From Bdellovibrionales bacterium (lineage in GTDB: Bacteria > Bdellovibrionota > Bdellovibrionia > Bdellovibrionales > JAGQZY01), in assembly GCA_964230645.1 (NCBI GenBank), contig CAXRHT010000003.1:704001-768000 (forward strand): DNA of 64,000 nt, written 5' to 3'. Under the pieces are notes generated by a model. That model made no database searches. It had not been told where the DNA came from and saw nothing but the letters and a program-made list of their open reading frames with translations. The position numbers and the translations under genes are program-made. This document shows positions 18,007 through 28,048 of this stretch, in pieces; position 1 is the first letter of the stretch; each line of letters opens with the position of its first letter.

Positions 18007-20448
18007 TTAAGGTCCCCAAACTTTAAATTCAAAGCCCTTAATGTCTTTTAGGATTTCACGGTTTTTGAAGAAGATACTGTTTTTGAAAACTTCGTATTCA
18101 CTTTTTGGTACCACTTCAGTTGTATCATCAAGAAAAGTCGCTTTGACCTCGATCACTGACTCGCCTTCCTTGAGATCGAGATTAAAAGTTGTAAGCACAT
18201 TTTCAATAGCAACCTGAACGACTTTGTCCAAAGCAGGAGAATAGTCATCTAAGCACACTGGAAAAGACTGTGAATTGTTGCTACCAAGAACACTGACTAA
18301 CTCCTCATAACGTCGGCCCGCTGAAAGAGAAGGGGGCGCTTGGCAGGTTGGATCGTTAGAGGGGTGGATAAAAAAGCTAGTGAAAAAGCCATTTTTACCA
18401 TGAATTTCCATGAGTTTGTTAGCAACAGCTCTGGGCAGTTCGTTTTCAGAATTAGCACCAACTAATTCGCCAATAGAGCTTTTTTGCTTAGCAAGAGTTT
18501 GCTTTTTAATTGTACCGGTTTCTCGAGTTCCTTGCAGAAGACGACAGCTTCCGTATTTAATCTTATCGGACTCGATGCCAGAGCATCGACGAGCGATCTC
18601 GGTATTGTTCGAGCAAAAGTTGACATCAGTTAGATTGCTCACCGTGCATGAAGGTCGAGACACAGATTTGTCTTCACAGCTTCGGCTGCAGGAAATAACA
18701 GGTCCTCGAGCATCAGCTTCAACCGAATCCATATCACCACTACAACTTGAGGAGTTTGTGCAACTTTCTCCTGCACCTAAATTGATAGTTAGACTATCAT
18801 TAACAGGGCGGGAATCACATTTTACCTGACAGCTTTCAATGTCTTCTGATTCAATTCTAAATCGGCGGGCAATCTCATCCCACTCCCTTGAGCCGCATGA
18901 GTCAGGAAGCTGACTGCAGCTTTTAGAGCTACTCCAGTTGATTTCTTTATTTATTTCATCTGGTTTACAAGAGTAGTTACAGGTGATTTGAGATTTATCC
19001 ACTTTCAGTAAAGAGGCCATTCTTCCTTTATGCTCTTCGCTGCAAGAACTTGAAGAGGAGCAACTGCTCTTTTCATTCCAATAGGTTCTAGAAACACTTT
19101 CAGTATCGGTACCACATGTTTTTTTACAGTTTCTGATTTCACTACTATTCAAGCTTGTAGCATTCAACACGGCTTGAAGGTCCTCGTTATCACAATTGGT
19201 CTCGCTATCTTGGTCGACAGGACAGAGAACATCTTGGTTAGGAACACGACTTTTCGCCAAATTTTCAGAAACAAAATTGGAATCACATTTTACCTGGCAG
19301 GAATGTACCTCGCTCGGGGAAATTCCAAAGGCTTTTGCAGCCTCTAACAATTCGTTTGAGTCACAGGAAGTATACGAGGAACCATTACTGCAGCTACCAG
19401 CGACTTGCACTGGTTTTACTGTCGCATTTCCACAGGGCTCTTTGATATTGTCTCTATAACAGTATTTGTCGACTTTAAAATTGATACTGGCCACTTTCTT
19501 TTCAAAGCGAATACTATTGTCACCAATTTGCTTAGTTCCTTTGACCCACTCTCTAATGCGGTGACCTTTAAAATCGAGTTTTACGGAATTGTCTTGGTAA
19601 GTATAATTCAGCTTTTTCTGTTTGATAATATCATCTTCTTGTTCGACTCGTGCCTTAAAGACACAGTCTGCAGATCCGGGAGAACAAGACTCTGTTTTCG
19701 AGTCACCCACAAACTGGGTTTCTTGACTGGTCTCAAACACACAGCTATCGAAGCTTGTGGCATCGTCCTCATTGGTTGCAAGGACATACAAATGATAGGC
19801 CGAGTTGTTTGGGTCATCGTACTTATTACTTTCATAGGCCTTCTTCAACAGAGTACAGAGACCCTGCTCTTTGTCTGCGCCATCTGTGCCTAGGTTTGCC
19901 ACAGACGCTGTGTAGCGGTCTTTGAAGTCTTGAAAGTCATCTTTAGAAAATTCATATTTTAAATTCTTTCGGCCCTCAAACCAAGAGTCAGCAATTCGAA
20001 AACTTTCTTTTTCTACATAGTTGGTATTTGGCGGAATAAGATCTTTGTCTTCAGGGCTAAGCTTTACATCGTTCCCCTTGTCATCTTGATAAACATAAAA
20101 CTTTTCAGCCTTGGTGGATGATTTATCATCACTGTGACTGGTGGTGTAAAGAGAGGCTTCCACATTAAAGCCTTTTACTTGGTCGATCGCGTTTGTGAAT
20201 CCAGAGACAATATCAGTGTGAATTTGTTGGGTACTGTAGGAGTTATCCATGATGGTGGTGAGATGAATGGGCGGGCGGTTTTTGGCGAGATTGGGATCGA
20301 TTTCTAAAAAGCGAACATAGCCGAAACCAAATGGATTTTCAGAGCTCGCTGATTGGTCAAAGGACACTTCATTTTGACCACAGTTTTGAAATAAAAATCC
20401 TAAAAAGACGATAACCCCAAACCATAGAATAACGACTTTTTTTCCCAT
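18007..20448 (-). CDS. Large lipoprotein, VWA-like domain split by Cys-rich repeats
   Basis: FQNC signal, MIDAS-like IMDNSYS, GTDGADKEQGL, LATNEDD, C-terminal GRRYEEL...PVCLDDYS, internal C..C..CxxxC repeats. Alternative start 20460. Confidence 0.75.
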   Translation of the reverse strand: MGKKVVILWFGVIVFLGFLFQNCGQNEVSFDQSASSENPFGFGYVRFLEIDPNLAKNRPPIHLTTIMDNSYSTQQIHTDIVSGFTNAIDQVKGFNVEASLYTTSHSDDKSSTKAEKFYVYQDDKGNDVKLSPEDKDLIPPNTNYVEKESFRIADSWFEGRKNLKYEFSKDDFQDFKDRYTASVANLGTDGADKEQGLCTLLKKAYESNKYDDPNNSAYHLYVLATNEDDATSFDSCVFETSQETQFVGDSKTESCSPGSADCVFKARVEQEDDIIKQKKLNYTYQDNSVKLDFKGHRIREWVKGTKQIGDNSIRFEKKVASINFKVDKYCYRDNIKEPCGNATVKPVQVAGSCSNGSSYTSCDSNELLEAAKAFGISPSEVHSCQVKCDSNFVSENLAKSRVPNQDVLCPVDQDSETNCDNEDLQAVLNATSLNSSEIRNCKKTCGTDTESVSRTYWNEKSSCSSSSSCSEEHKGRMASLLKVDKSQITCNYSCKPDEINKEINWSSSKSCSQLPDSCGSREWDEIARRFRIESEDIESCQVKCDSRPVNDSLTINLGAGESCTNSSSCSGDMDSVEADARGPVISCSRSCEDKSVSRPSCTVSNLTDVNFCSNNTEIARRCSGIESDKIKYGSCRLLQGTRETGTIKKQTLAKQKSSIGELVGANSENELPRAVANKLMEIHGKNGFFTSFFIHPSNDPTCQAPPSLSAGRRYEELVSVLGSNNSQSFPVCLDDYSPALDKVVQVAIENVLTTFNLDLKEGESVIEVKATFLDDTTEVVPKSEYEVFKNSIFFKNREILKDIKGFEFKVWGP

Positions 20449-20582
20449 AATTTCCCCCATAACGCACAGATAATATCAATAATATTATTCTATACCTCCA
20501 GGGGGCAAAAACAAACTATGGTCTCATTTTGATAAACTAAGGTCTTTGTTTTTCTCTACTTTTCTCAATTTTAGAAGAGATA

Positions 20583-21887
20583 TCATCCAATTTTTCCCCT
20601 CTTTTTAAACAAAGTGGGGTCGATGGCATAGGCCTTTAGTTTGTCGTGAAGTGTGGACTTGGGCATTTTGAGCTCTTCAGCCACTTTGCGTTGGTTGCCA
20701 AAGTGCTTTTGGAGTTGGGAGAGAATGAGATTGCGCTCCATTTCCTTTAGGGGAGGGAGTTCTTTATCTCCGTCACTGCCATTCATGGGAAAGGTGCCAT
20801 TGGCTTGGTGGTGATGTTGATCTTTTTCAATAATTTGCTCTAAGTCTTCTTCCTCAATCCGTTTTCCAGGGAAATAGGCCGCAGCCCTGATGATCACATT
20901 TTTAAGTTCTCGAATGTTTCCGGGCCAAGTGTGATTTTTCATTCTTTCAATAGCTCTAAAAGTAAAGCCAACCTTTTGGTCCCTTGCAAATTGGTAAAGG
21001 AGAGCCTCAAAGTCTTCCATACGATGAACTAAAGATGGGGGAGTCACTCGACAGATATTGAGACGATGATAAAGGTCCTCCCGAAATTCTTTTTTAAATA
21101 CTTTCTGTTTCAAATTTTTATGGGTAGCAGCAATAATTCGAACGTTGGTACTAATACTTTTATCTGAACCGACCGGGCGGATTTCATTGTTTTCAAGGGC
21201 TCTTAAAAGTTTAGGCTGAAGAGAAAGGGGAAGGTCGCCGATCTCATCAAGAAAAAGAGTCCCACCTCTTGCGGCTTCAAAGGCTCCTTTACGATCTTCA
21301 GTAGCTCCTGTAAAAGCGCCCCGCACGTGACCAAAGAGTTCACTCTCAATAAGATTCTCACTCAAAGCGCTGCAATTAATGGTGATGTAAGGAGCGTCGG
21401 CTCTGTTGGAGTTATCATGAAGCCAACGGGAAACAATTTCCTTTCCTGATCCTGAGGGGCCGAGCACGAGAACCGTGAAATCGGTGTTGGCTATAGCAGG
21501 AAGTCGTTGCAGTTGTAGATCCCAATCTTTATTTTTACTTTTCATAGGATCATTCTGGTGTTTGAGTTTTGAAAAAACAAAAAGACTCTCACCCACAAGC
21601 ACTTTGTCATTGTTTTGTAGATAGGCCTCAATCACCCCCGTTCCGTTCACATAAACACCATTTCGTGACTGCATATCGCGAAGTAAAAATCCCCGAGGCC
21701 GCTTTTCAATGCGAAGATGACGGCCCGAGATAAATGGGTCATCAATACTAATAGTGTTCGATTCGTCGCGACCGATGGTCAAAAAATCCCCGACCTCATA
21801 GGACTCTTGCTGGTTTTTGTTGATGGGAAGTAAGTAAGCTTTCTGAATTTTTTCCTGGTGGGGATGAGAAACTTTTTGTGTTTCCAT
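20583..21887 (-). CDS. FHA-domain sigma54-dependent activator (bEBP)
   Basis: FHA (IGRD..N.I...D..ISGRH, SRNGVYVNG), GPSGSGKE, GAFTGA, LFLDEIGD, WPGNIREL, Fis-type HTH. ATG at 21887 after AAGGAG. Confidence 0.93.
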   Translation of the reverse strand: METQKVSHPHQEKIQKAYLLPINKNQQESYEVGDFLTIGRDESNTISIDDPFISGRHLRIEKRPRGFLLRDMQSRNGVYVNGTGVIEAYLQNNDKVLVGESLFVFSKLKHQNDPMKSKNKDWDLQLQRLPAIANTDFTVLVLGPSGSGKEIVSRWLHDNSNRADAPYITINCSALSENLIESELFGHVRGAFTGATEDRKGAFEAARGGTLFLDEIGDLPLSLQPKLLRALENNEIRPVGSDKSISTNVRIIAATHKNLKQKVFKKEFREDLYHRLNICRVTPPSLVHRMEDFEALLYQFARDQKVGFTFRAIERMKNHTWPGNIRELKNVIIRAAAYFPGKRIEEEDLEQIIEKDQHHHQANGTFPMNGSDGDKELPPLKEMERNLILSQLQKHFGNQRKVAEELKMPKSTLHDKLKAYAIDPTLFKKRGKIG

Positions 21888-21915
21888 AAATTCTCCTTTT
21901 TTGAATAGGGAGTAC

Positions 21916-21932
21916 TTCAAGCTCTGTGCCAG
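21916..21932 (-). promoter_or_regulatory. Sigma54-like promoter of the bEBP gene
   Basis: CTGGCACAGAGCTTGAA on the minus strand (GG-N10-GA variant). Confidence 0.55.
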
Positions 21933-22035
21933 CAAATCGGTCGTCTAAAGTTGTTTTTTCCGGTTTTCAGGTGAAAATTTGTCCGAAATCCAAATTTTCG
22001 GATTTAATTTTCAAAAATTTCAGTTACAAGGGTCT

Positions 22036-22599
22036 ATGTCCAAAGTTCAATTCGTTCAAAGTGCCACTCGCTTAGATCAATTTCCCCCCGGAAAAATGCC
22101 CGAAGTGGCCATCGCCGGTCGGTCGAATTCGGGAAAGTCCTCTTTTATAAACACCATTGCCGGCCAAAAAGTCGCCAAAGTCAGTGGAACTCCTGGGAAA
22201 ACGAGGCTCCTCAATATCTTTGATGTAGAAAAGAAGTTTTGGCTCGTTGATATGCCAGGATATGGCTATGCCGCTAGATCTCATAAAGAAAGAGGCGACT
22301 GGGAAAAGATGATCGAAGACTATTTGGTCCAATCCGAAAAGCTCAAAGGCTTGATTTTACTAAAAGACATCCGCCGAAAGTGGACGGAAGAAGAGGACAT
22401 GATCCTCGATTTCTGCACCTCAATGAATATGGGCTTAATAGTAGGCCTAACCAAGGCCGATAAACTCTCAAGATCCAAATGGAAATCCGAGGTTCTAAAA
22501 CTCAACAAAGAACTCGATCGCCCCGTCTACGCCCTATCCTCCCTGAAACGATGGGGAACCTACGATATTATAGGCCACGTCCTGCAAAACTGGGTGTAA
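22036..22599 (+). CDS. engB: Ribosome biogenesis GTPase YihA/YsxC
   Basis: EVAIAGRSNSGKSS, S.TPGKTR, LVDMPGYGYA, LTKADK. Confidence 0.95.
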   Translation: MSKVQFVQSATRLDQFPPGKMPEVAIAGRSNSGKSSFINTIAGQKVAKVSGTPGKTRLLNIFDVEKKFWLVDMPGYGYAARSHKERGDWEKMIEDYLVQSEKLKGLILLKDIRRKWTEEEDMILDFCTSMNMGLIVGLTKADKLSRSKWKSEVLKLNKELDRPVYALSSLKRWGTYDIIGHVLQNWV

Positions 22600-22611
22600 T
22601 CGACGAGGGGG

Positions 22612-22787
22612 GCCCCGGCCCGTTGGGCTTGAGAATTTAGAGGAAGCTTTTGGCCGAGGCACGCACCCGGGTGCACGGCGTCTCCCGGATTGCACCACTA
22701 CGTGGCGCAACCCAAGATACGCAGCGCTCGTTGCTCGAGCCTCGTCCAAAAGCTTCCTCTAAATTCTCAAGCCCAACGGGCCGGGGC
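22612..22787. repeat. Long inverted repeat (REP/MITE-like palindromic element)
   Basis: 49-nt arms 22612-22660 and 22739-22787 with one mismatch. The 78-nt GC-rich spacer has three sub-hairpins. Confidence 0.9.
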
Positions 22788-22887
22788 GTGCTTTGAAGTG
22801 ATTTTCCAGAGGGAAACTTTTCTAAAATTCATGACAAGTTTGGAGCTGGTTGTTATACCTTCTGGAATTATTGAAATTTAGGAGTCT

Positions 22888-23640
22888 ATGTCAGAAGTCG
22901 TCGCCGTTATTCCCGTTCGATATGGGGCTCAAAGGTTTCCAGGTAAAGCGCTGGCCCCCATTTTAGAAAAACCCATGGTCCAATGGGTTATTGAAGGGGT
23001 GTCTCAAGCTCAGAATATCAAAAAAATCATTGTGGCCACAGACGATGAGCGAATTGCTAAGGTCTGTGAGAAGCTCTCCGTGGAAGTGGAAATGACAGAT
23101 TCGGACTTAGCGTCGGGCAGTGACAGGGTCTATCAAGCCGTAAAAAATCGCCCGGAATCGCTCATATTAAATATACAAGGGGATGAGCCTCTTATAAGTG
23201 GTCAGTTGATCGACCAGATGGCTCAGGCCATGTTGGATTCTCAAGACTGGGAGATGCTAACCCTGGGCCGGACAATCAATGAGAAAGAGCTTCAGAGTCC
23301 TAATACCGCTAAAATCGTTCTCAACGAGAGTCAGCAGGCTCTTTATTTTAGCCGTCACCCCATTCCCTATTCGCGCCAAGAAATGGGAGAAGAAGAGCCC
23401 GCTTGCTTGAAGCACATAGGGATCTATGGGTATAAAAAAGAGTTTTTAGAAAAATTCTGCCAAACGGCTGTTTCGCCGGCGGAACAGATGGAAGGACTTG
23501 AGCAATTGCGAGCCCTTCACATCGGTGGGCGAATTAAAGTTTTAAAAGTCGATTATGAAAGCTGGGGAGTGGATGTCCCCGCAGATATTGAAGTGGTTGA
23601 AAAGTTACTAAAGGAAAGACATGGCTACAAAGAAAAGTAA
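22888..23640 (+). CDS. kdsB: 3-deoxy-manno-octulosonate cytidylyltransferase
   Basis: [51 protein letters not shown]. Confidence 0.96.
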   Translation: MSEVVAVIPVRYGAQRFPGKALAPILEKPMVQWVIEGVSQAQNIKKIIVATDDERIAKVCEKLSVEVEMTDSDLASGSDRVYQAVKNRPESLILNIQGDEPLISGQLIDQMAQAMLDSQDWEMLTLGRTINEKELQSPNTAKIVLNESQQALYFSRHPIPYSRQEMGEEEPACLKHIGIYGYKKEFLEKFCQTAVSPAEQMEGLEQLRALHIGGRIKVLKVDYESWGVDVPADIEVVEKLLKERHGYKEK

Positions 23641-25372
23641 TAAAAAGGTGAAGAAGAAAAAGTCTCCTCGTGTTTCAAGAAAGAAGCCTTTGACTCAAAA
23701 ATTCATTTTCGTAACCGGTGGAGTTGTGTCTTCCATAGGTAAAGGTTTGTCAGCGGCAAGCCTTGGAACTTTATTAGAAGCTAGAGGTTACAAAGTGACA
23801 TTGATGAAGTGTGATCCCTATATCAATGTGGATCCGGGAACCATGTCTCCATTTCAACATGGAGAAGTTTTTGTAACTGATGATGGGGCGGAAACAGATC
23901 TTGATCTTGGACACTACGAGCGTTTTACCTCCATTTATTTAAATCAATCCAACTCAACCACCGCCGGGCAAATTTACGATAGCGTTATCAAAAAAGAAAG
24001 ACGAGGCGATTATCTGGGAGGAACCGTGCAGGTGATTCCCCATATCACTGAGGAAATCAAGTCTCGTATTTTTGAAGCGGCTCAGGGTTCAGAAATTTGT
24101 ATCGTTGAAATCGGAGGAACTATTGGAGACATTGAAGGTCTTCCTTTTATTGAAGCCATCCGGCAAATGCGAGTGGATTTAGGTGTGGAAAACACACTTT
24201 ACGTTCACGTGACTTACGTTCCTTTTATTGCCGCTGCGGGTGAGTTAAAAAGTAAGCCCACACAGCACTCGGTGAAGGCTTTAAGGGAAGTAGGGATTCA
24301 GCCTGACATCCTCATTTGTCGAAGTGAGCACAATATTCCTCATGATATTAAATCTAAAATTGGATTGTTTTGTAGTATTCGTCCCGAGTACGTGATCAGT
24401 GCTTATGATGCCGACTCTATTTACGAAGTGCCGATCATGCTTCATGATGAAGGCTTCGACGACAAAGTGGTGGATGTACTTGATCTCGACACGAAAAAAC
24501 CAGATCTTACTCAATGGAAAAAAATGGTTTCCACCATTCGATCTCCGAACAAATATGTAAATATTGGAATTGTTGGTAAGTACACCAATCTAAAGGAGAG
24601 TTACAAATCTCTCAATGAAGCTCTTGTTCACGGTGGGATCGCCAGTGACGCTCGAGTTAATATTACCTACATAAACTCTGAGAAATTGACAGCTGGAAAT
24701 GTGGAAAAACATCTTTACGGTGTGGATGGAATCTTAGTTCCTGGCGGTTTTGGAGAAAGAGGGGCGGAAGGTAAGATGATTGCCATTCAATACGCCAGGG
24801 AAAACAATGTTCCCTTCTTTGGGATTTGTTTTGGTATGCAGCTGGCAGCCATCGAGTTCGCCCGCAACGTTTGTGGTTTGAAAAATGCCACAAGCCGCGA
24901 ATTTGAAGATGATGTCAAAGGCCAAAGAAACCTCGTTGTCAATTATATGAAAGAGCAAAAGGGTCTCGACAAAAAAGGTGGAACCATGCGCCTGGGAGCC
25001 TTTGCCTGTGCTTTGGAGAAGGGCTCTTTTGTTAAGAAAATCTATAAAAAGTCCGTTATCAAAGAGCGTCATCGCCATCGCTTTGAGTTTAACAATAAGT
25101 TTCGAGCTCTTTTTAAGAAAAATGGTATGGACCTTTCTGGAATTTGCGAAGAACGAGATTTGGTCGAGATCATTGAAATTCCGGATCATATGTTTTTCGT
25201 GGGTGTGCAGTTTCATCCCGAGTTTAAGTCAAAGCCACTAGAGCCTCATCCTCTCTTCACGCAATTTGTGAAGTCATCAATGGAGAATCGTGACTTAGCC
25301 AAACCAGAGAAAAAATCGGAGTCCAAGCCTAAGAGGCGTTCCGCTAGTATGGATTCCTCAGTTTCAGTGTAG
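23621..25372 (+). CDS. pyrG: CTP synthase
   Basis: [55 protein letters not shown]. Confidence 0.99.
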   Translation: MATKKSNKKVKKKKSPRVSRKKPLTQKFIFVTGGVVSSIGKGLSAASLGTLLEARGYKVTLMKCDPYINVDPGTMSPFQHGEVFVTDDGAETDLDLGHYERFTSIYLNQSNSTTAGQIYDSVIKKERRGDYLGGTVQVIPHITEEIKSRIFEAAQGSEICIVEIGGTIGDIEGLPFIEAIRQMRVDLGVENTLYVHVTYVPFIAAAGELKSKPTQHSVKALREVGIQPDILICRSEHNIPHDIKSKIGLFCSIRPEYVISAYDADSIYEVPIMLHDEGFDDKVVDVLDLDTKKPDLTQWKKMVSTIRSPNKYVNIGIVGKYTNLKESYKSLNEALVHGGIASDARVNITYINSEKLTAGNVEKHLYGVDGILVPGGFGERGAEGKMIAIQYARENNVPFFGICFGMQLAAIEFARNVCGLKNATSREFEDDVKGQRNLVVNYMKEQKGLDKKGGTMRLGAFACALEKGSFVKKIYKKSVIKERHRHRFEFNNKFRALFKKNGMDLSGICEERDLVEIIEIPDHMFFVGVQFHPEFKSKPLEPHPLFTQFVKSSMENRDLAKPEKKSESKPKRRSASMDSSVSV

Positions 25373-26347
25373 GTGTTTATGACAAGTCTTGATGAAGCCA
25401 AAAGAGTCCTAGAGATTGAAGCTCAAGCTATTTTAGATTTAAAAGATCGTTTGGATGAATCTTTTGAGAAAGCAGTGAAACTTTTGTGTGAGTGCAAAGG
25501 GAAAGTTGTAGTGGCCGGTATGGGAAAGTCGGGACATGTCGGTCGTAAATTAGCGGCTACTTTAAGTTCCACAGGTACCCCTTCCTTATTCTTACATCCA
25601 GCGGAAAGCTCTCATGGCGATCTAGGGGTTGTGACGGAAGGGGACTGTCTGGTTGTAATTAGTTACGGGGGAGGCTCTCAGGAGCTTCAAGATCTTTTAA
25701 CCTATGCTACAAGAAAAGGTCTTTCCCTAATTGCCATGACAGGAAACCAAGAGAGTGATCTTGCCAAGGCAGCCACTGTTTCTTTAGACATCAAGGTGAA
25801 GGAAGAAGCCTGTCCGTTAAAGCTAGCTCCGACTTCAAGCTCCACTGTTTCACTCGCCCTTGGTGACGCGCTCGCCATGGCAGCTCTTAAGAAAAAGGGC
25901 TTCAAAGAAGAGGACTTTGCCGAATTTCACCCCGGAGGCAAGCTTGGAAGAAGGCTACTCACCCGAGTTAGTGACCTTATGCATGACAATGGCGGCCTTC
26001 CGGTTGTCAGTGAAAATGATTCTATGAAAGCCATCGTTGGAAAAATGACGGGGAGTCATGTTCGAGGGGTCGCCGGGGTGGTTGATTCCGAAGGTTTTCT
26101 AAAGGGAGTCATCACTGATGGAGATATCCGTCGACATCTCGAAAAAAATCAAAACCCATTGGAAGCGGAAGTCTCTGAGCTGATGTCGACTCGTCCCAAA
26201 ACGATCGATAAAAACGAATTGGCTGTTAAAGCTCTTTTTATCATGGAGCAGTTTTCGATTCAGTCACTTTTCGTGGTCGACAGTGAAAGTAATAAACCCG
26301 TCGGGCTCATTCATCTACAAGATCTCATTCGAGCAAAGATTCGGTAG
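25373..26347 (+). CDS. kdsD: Arabinose-5-phosphate isomerase (KpsF/GutQ)
   Basis: GMGKSGHVGRK, HGDLG, LAPTSS, FHPGG.LG, CBS pair. ATG at 25379 is an alternative start. Confidence 0.95.
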   Translation: MFMTSLDEAKRVLEIEAQAILDLKDRLDESFEKAVKLLCECKGKVVVAGMGKSGHVGRKLAATLSSTGTPSLFLHPAESSHGDLGVVTEGDCLVVISYGGGSQELQDLLTYATRKGLSLIAMTGNQESDLAKAATVSLDIKVKEEACPLKLAPTSSSTVSLALGDALAMAALKKKGFKEEDFAEFHPGGKLGRRLLTRVSDLMHDNGGLPVVSENDSMKAIVGKMTGSHVRGVAGVVDSEGFLKGVITDGDIRRHLEKNQNPLEAEVSELMSTRPKTIDKNELAVKALFIMEQFSIQSLFVVDSESNKPVGLIHLQDLIRAKIR

Positions 26348-26464
26348 TCACTCGATTCCAGATAATCACCACAAAAAGCAACATTGTTGACAGGCTCAAT
26401 AAGGAGACAAGTTTTTCTTTCTCAGGCAGAGTATTTTCGAACTGTTTGAAAAAGGAGAACGACA

Positions 26465-26938
26465 ATGAAAATTTTAATCTCAAGTTTAATATACCTATCT
26501 TTTTGCACGGCTTTCGCTCAGGTGCCTGAAACCGAGATCACCTGTGATTTTAGGGAGGCTGGAAACTTTGCCAACATTCAAAGGGTCAGTCTTATCTCAG
26601 GAGATCCTGGGTTCGTGAAGGTCATTTACACCAATGGGGATGTTGAATCTTTTAAGCCCCTCTCGGGTGTTGGAGGACTTTTTAATCAGATCCGTTTTTC
26701 ACCGGTAGTCTCCAACGAAAATAACTCAAGGTCTTTTACATTTTTACAGCTGGACACTCGCCACTCTAACATTGGAGAGTTTCATGCGGCCTACGCTTGT
26801 AATAAGTCTTTTACTACTTTTTGCAATGGATTTAGTGGCGACAAAACCCCCATCGCTCGTGTGACTTTAAATATTGATGGAGCTGTCTTGAAATTTAATG
26901 GATCCTCATTACCTTATTGTGAAAGAAAAGATATTTAA
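26465..26938 (+). CDS. Secreted hypothetical protein
   Basis: AAGGAG RBS, signal peptide ending AFA, four Cys in the mature part. Confidence 0.75.
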   Translation: MKILISSLIYLSFCTAFAQVPETEITCDFREAGNFANIQRVSLISGDPGFVKVIYTNGDVESFKPLSGVGGLFNQIRFSPVVSNENNSRSFTFLQLDTRHSNIGEFHAAYACNKSFTTFCNGFSGDKTPIARVTLNIDGAVLKFNGSSLPYCERKDI

Positions 26939-27213
26939 CCTCTTGAAATAGCCTCCCTCAGGGCCTCTTCCAGGCCCTGTACTCATCCCCCTCTACTCGA
27001 AATAAAATTTTATCTTTATATATAAGGACAATATCAAAATTAAAAAAGTCCTTAACTTAAAATGTGTTTCGTTATGAAACAATTAAGTATTGTCTCAATA
27101 CAAAACGCGCTAGGTTTTAATTTTTCACTCCCACGCAAGAATTGTCGTTTTGCAAATTAGCACTGTTCTTTTTTTAAAAATACTTTTTGTATGGCTAAAT
27201 AACCACACTTTTT

Positions 27214-27230
27214 CTGGCCTACCCCTTGCA
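27214..27230 (+). promoter_or_regulatory. Sigma54 -24/-12 promoter
   Basis: CTGGCCTACCCCTTGCA (GG-N10-GC) 26 nt before the start at 27257, preceded by an AT-rich region. Confidence 0.65.
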
Positions 27231-27256
27231 ATTAACCATGTCAAAAGGAGCAATAA

Positions 27257-28048
27257 GTGTTTTTTAAACAGGACGGATCATTCAATCTCAAGATGATACA
27301 AAAAACTTTGATAGTGTTTGTATTGATCATATTGAGTTTTTCATCCTCGTTTGCGGAAGTCACAAACAACGGCACTGACGAAGTTCAGTTTCCAAACTTT
27401 TCTCATCAAGACCCACAGGTTATGGAAGTCTTAGAAGGTCTCGATGCTCAAGAGTTAATAGATAGTCAGATCACTCAAGCTCAAAATACACTAGCGACAG
27501 TTGTATTGACGATGAGAATTAAATACATTGAAACTCTTTTTTGGCTTCAAGAATATGAATGTCTCGAAGAGAACTCTACTACAGAGACATGTAACCTATT
27601 GCAAAGACAAATTTCAAATTTGGGTAGAAGAATTGGTGAGTTTTCAGCTCTTATTGCTTCCATAGCTCCTCTGGCTGTTGCGAAATTTATTTCAGGAAGG
27701 CGTTTTGGTAGTCAAATTAGTGTTGAGGCCTCGATTCGTCCAAGGCCTGTCTTTCGCCTCACTCGAACAGGTCGATTAAGCTCTTTACTGACCAGTGCTT
27801 CTATCTGGACAACAGCAGCTATATCCACCCACTTTATTCACGAAAACGTCGTTTTAATTAAACATATGTCTGAGGAAGAGCAAAGAGTTCTCCTGCAAGA
27901 GCTACGTGTGGCTCGTTCTGCTTTACAAGTTGTTGATTTACCAACCTTCCGCCAAGCGACGATCGCTTTTGGAGCTCGTTTATCTGAAAGCGAAATCAAC
28001 CAAACAATGCAAGTGTACAGACAAGCAACTACGGGAGGGACTCCATGA
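27257..28048 (+). CDS. Secreted helical protein with hydrophobic hairpin, paralog of 29417-30175
   Basis: GTG after AAGGAG, signal ending SFA-EVT, two hydrophobic segments, MSEEEQRVLLQEL. Confidence 0.75.
   Translation: MFFKQDGSFNLKMIQKTLIVFVLIILSFSSSFAEVTNNGTDEVQFPNFSHQDPQVMEVLEGLDAQELIDSQITQAQNTLATVVLTMRIKYIETLFWLQEYECLEENSTTETCNLLQRQISNLGRRIGEFSALIASIAPLAVAKFISGRRFGSQISVEASIRPRPVFRLTRTGRLSSLLTSASIWTTAAISTHFIHENVVLIKHMSEEEQRVLLQELRVARSALQVVDLPTFRQATIAFGARLSESEINQTMQVYRQATTGGTP

Noticed and set aside
22534..22881. Short ORFs 22534-22749 and 22690-22881
   Set aside because: They run across the GC-rich inverted repeat, lack an RBS and have no protein-like features.
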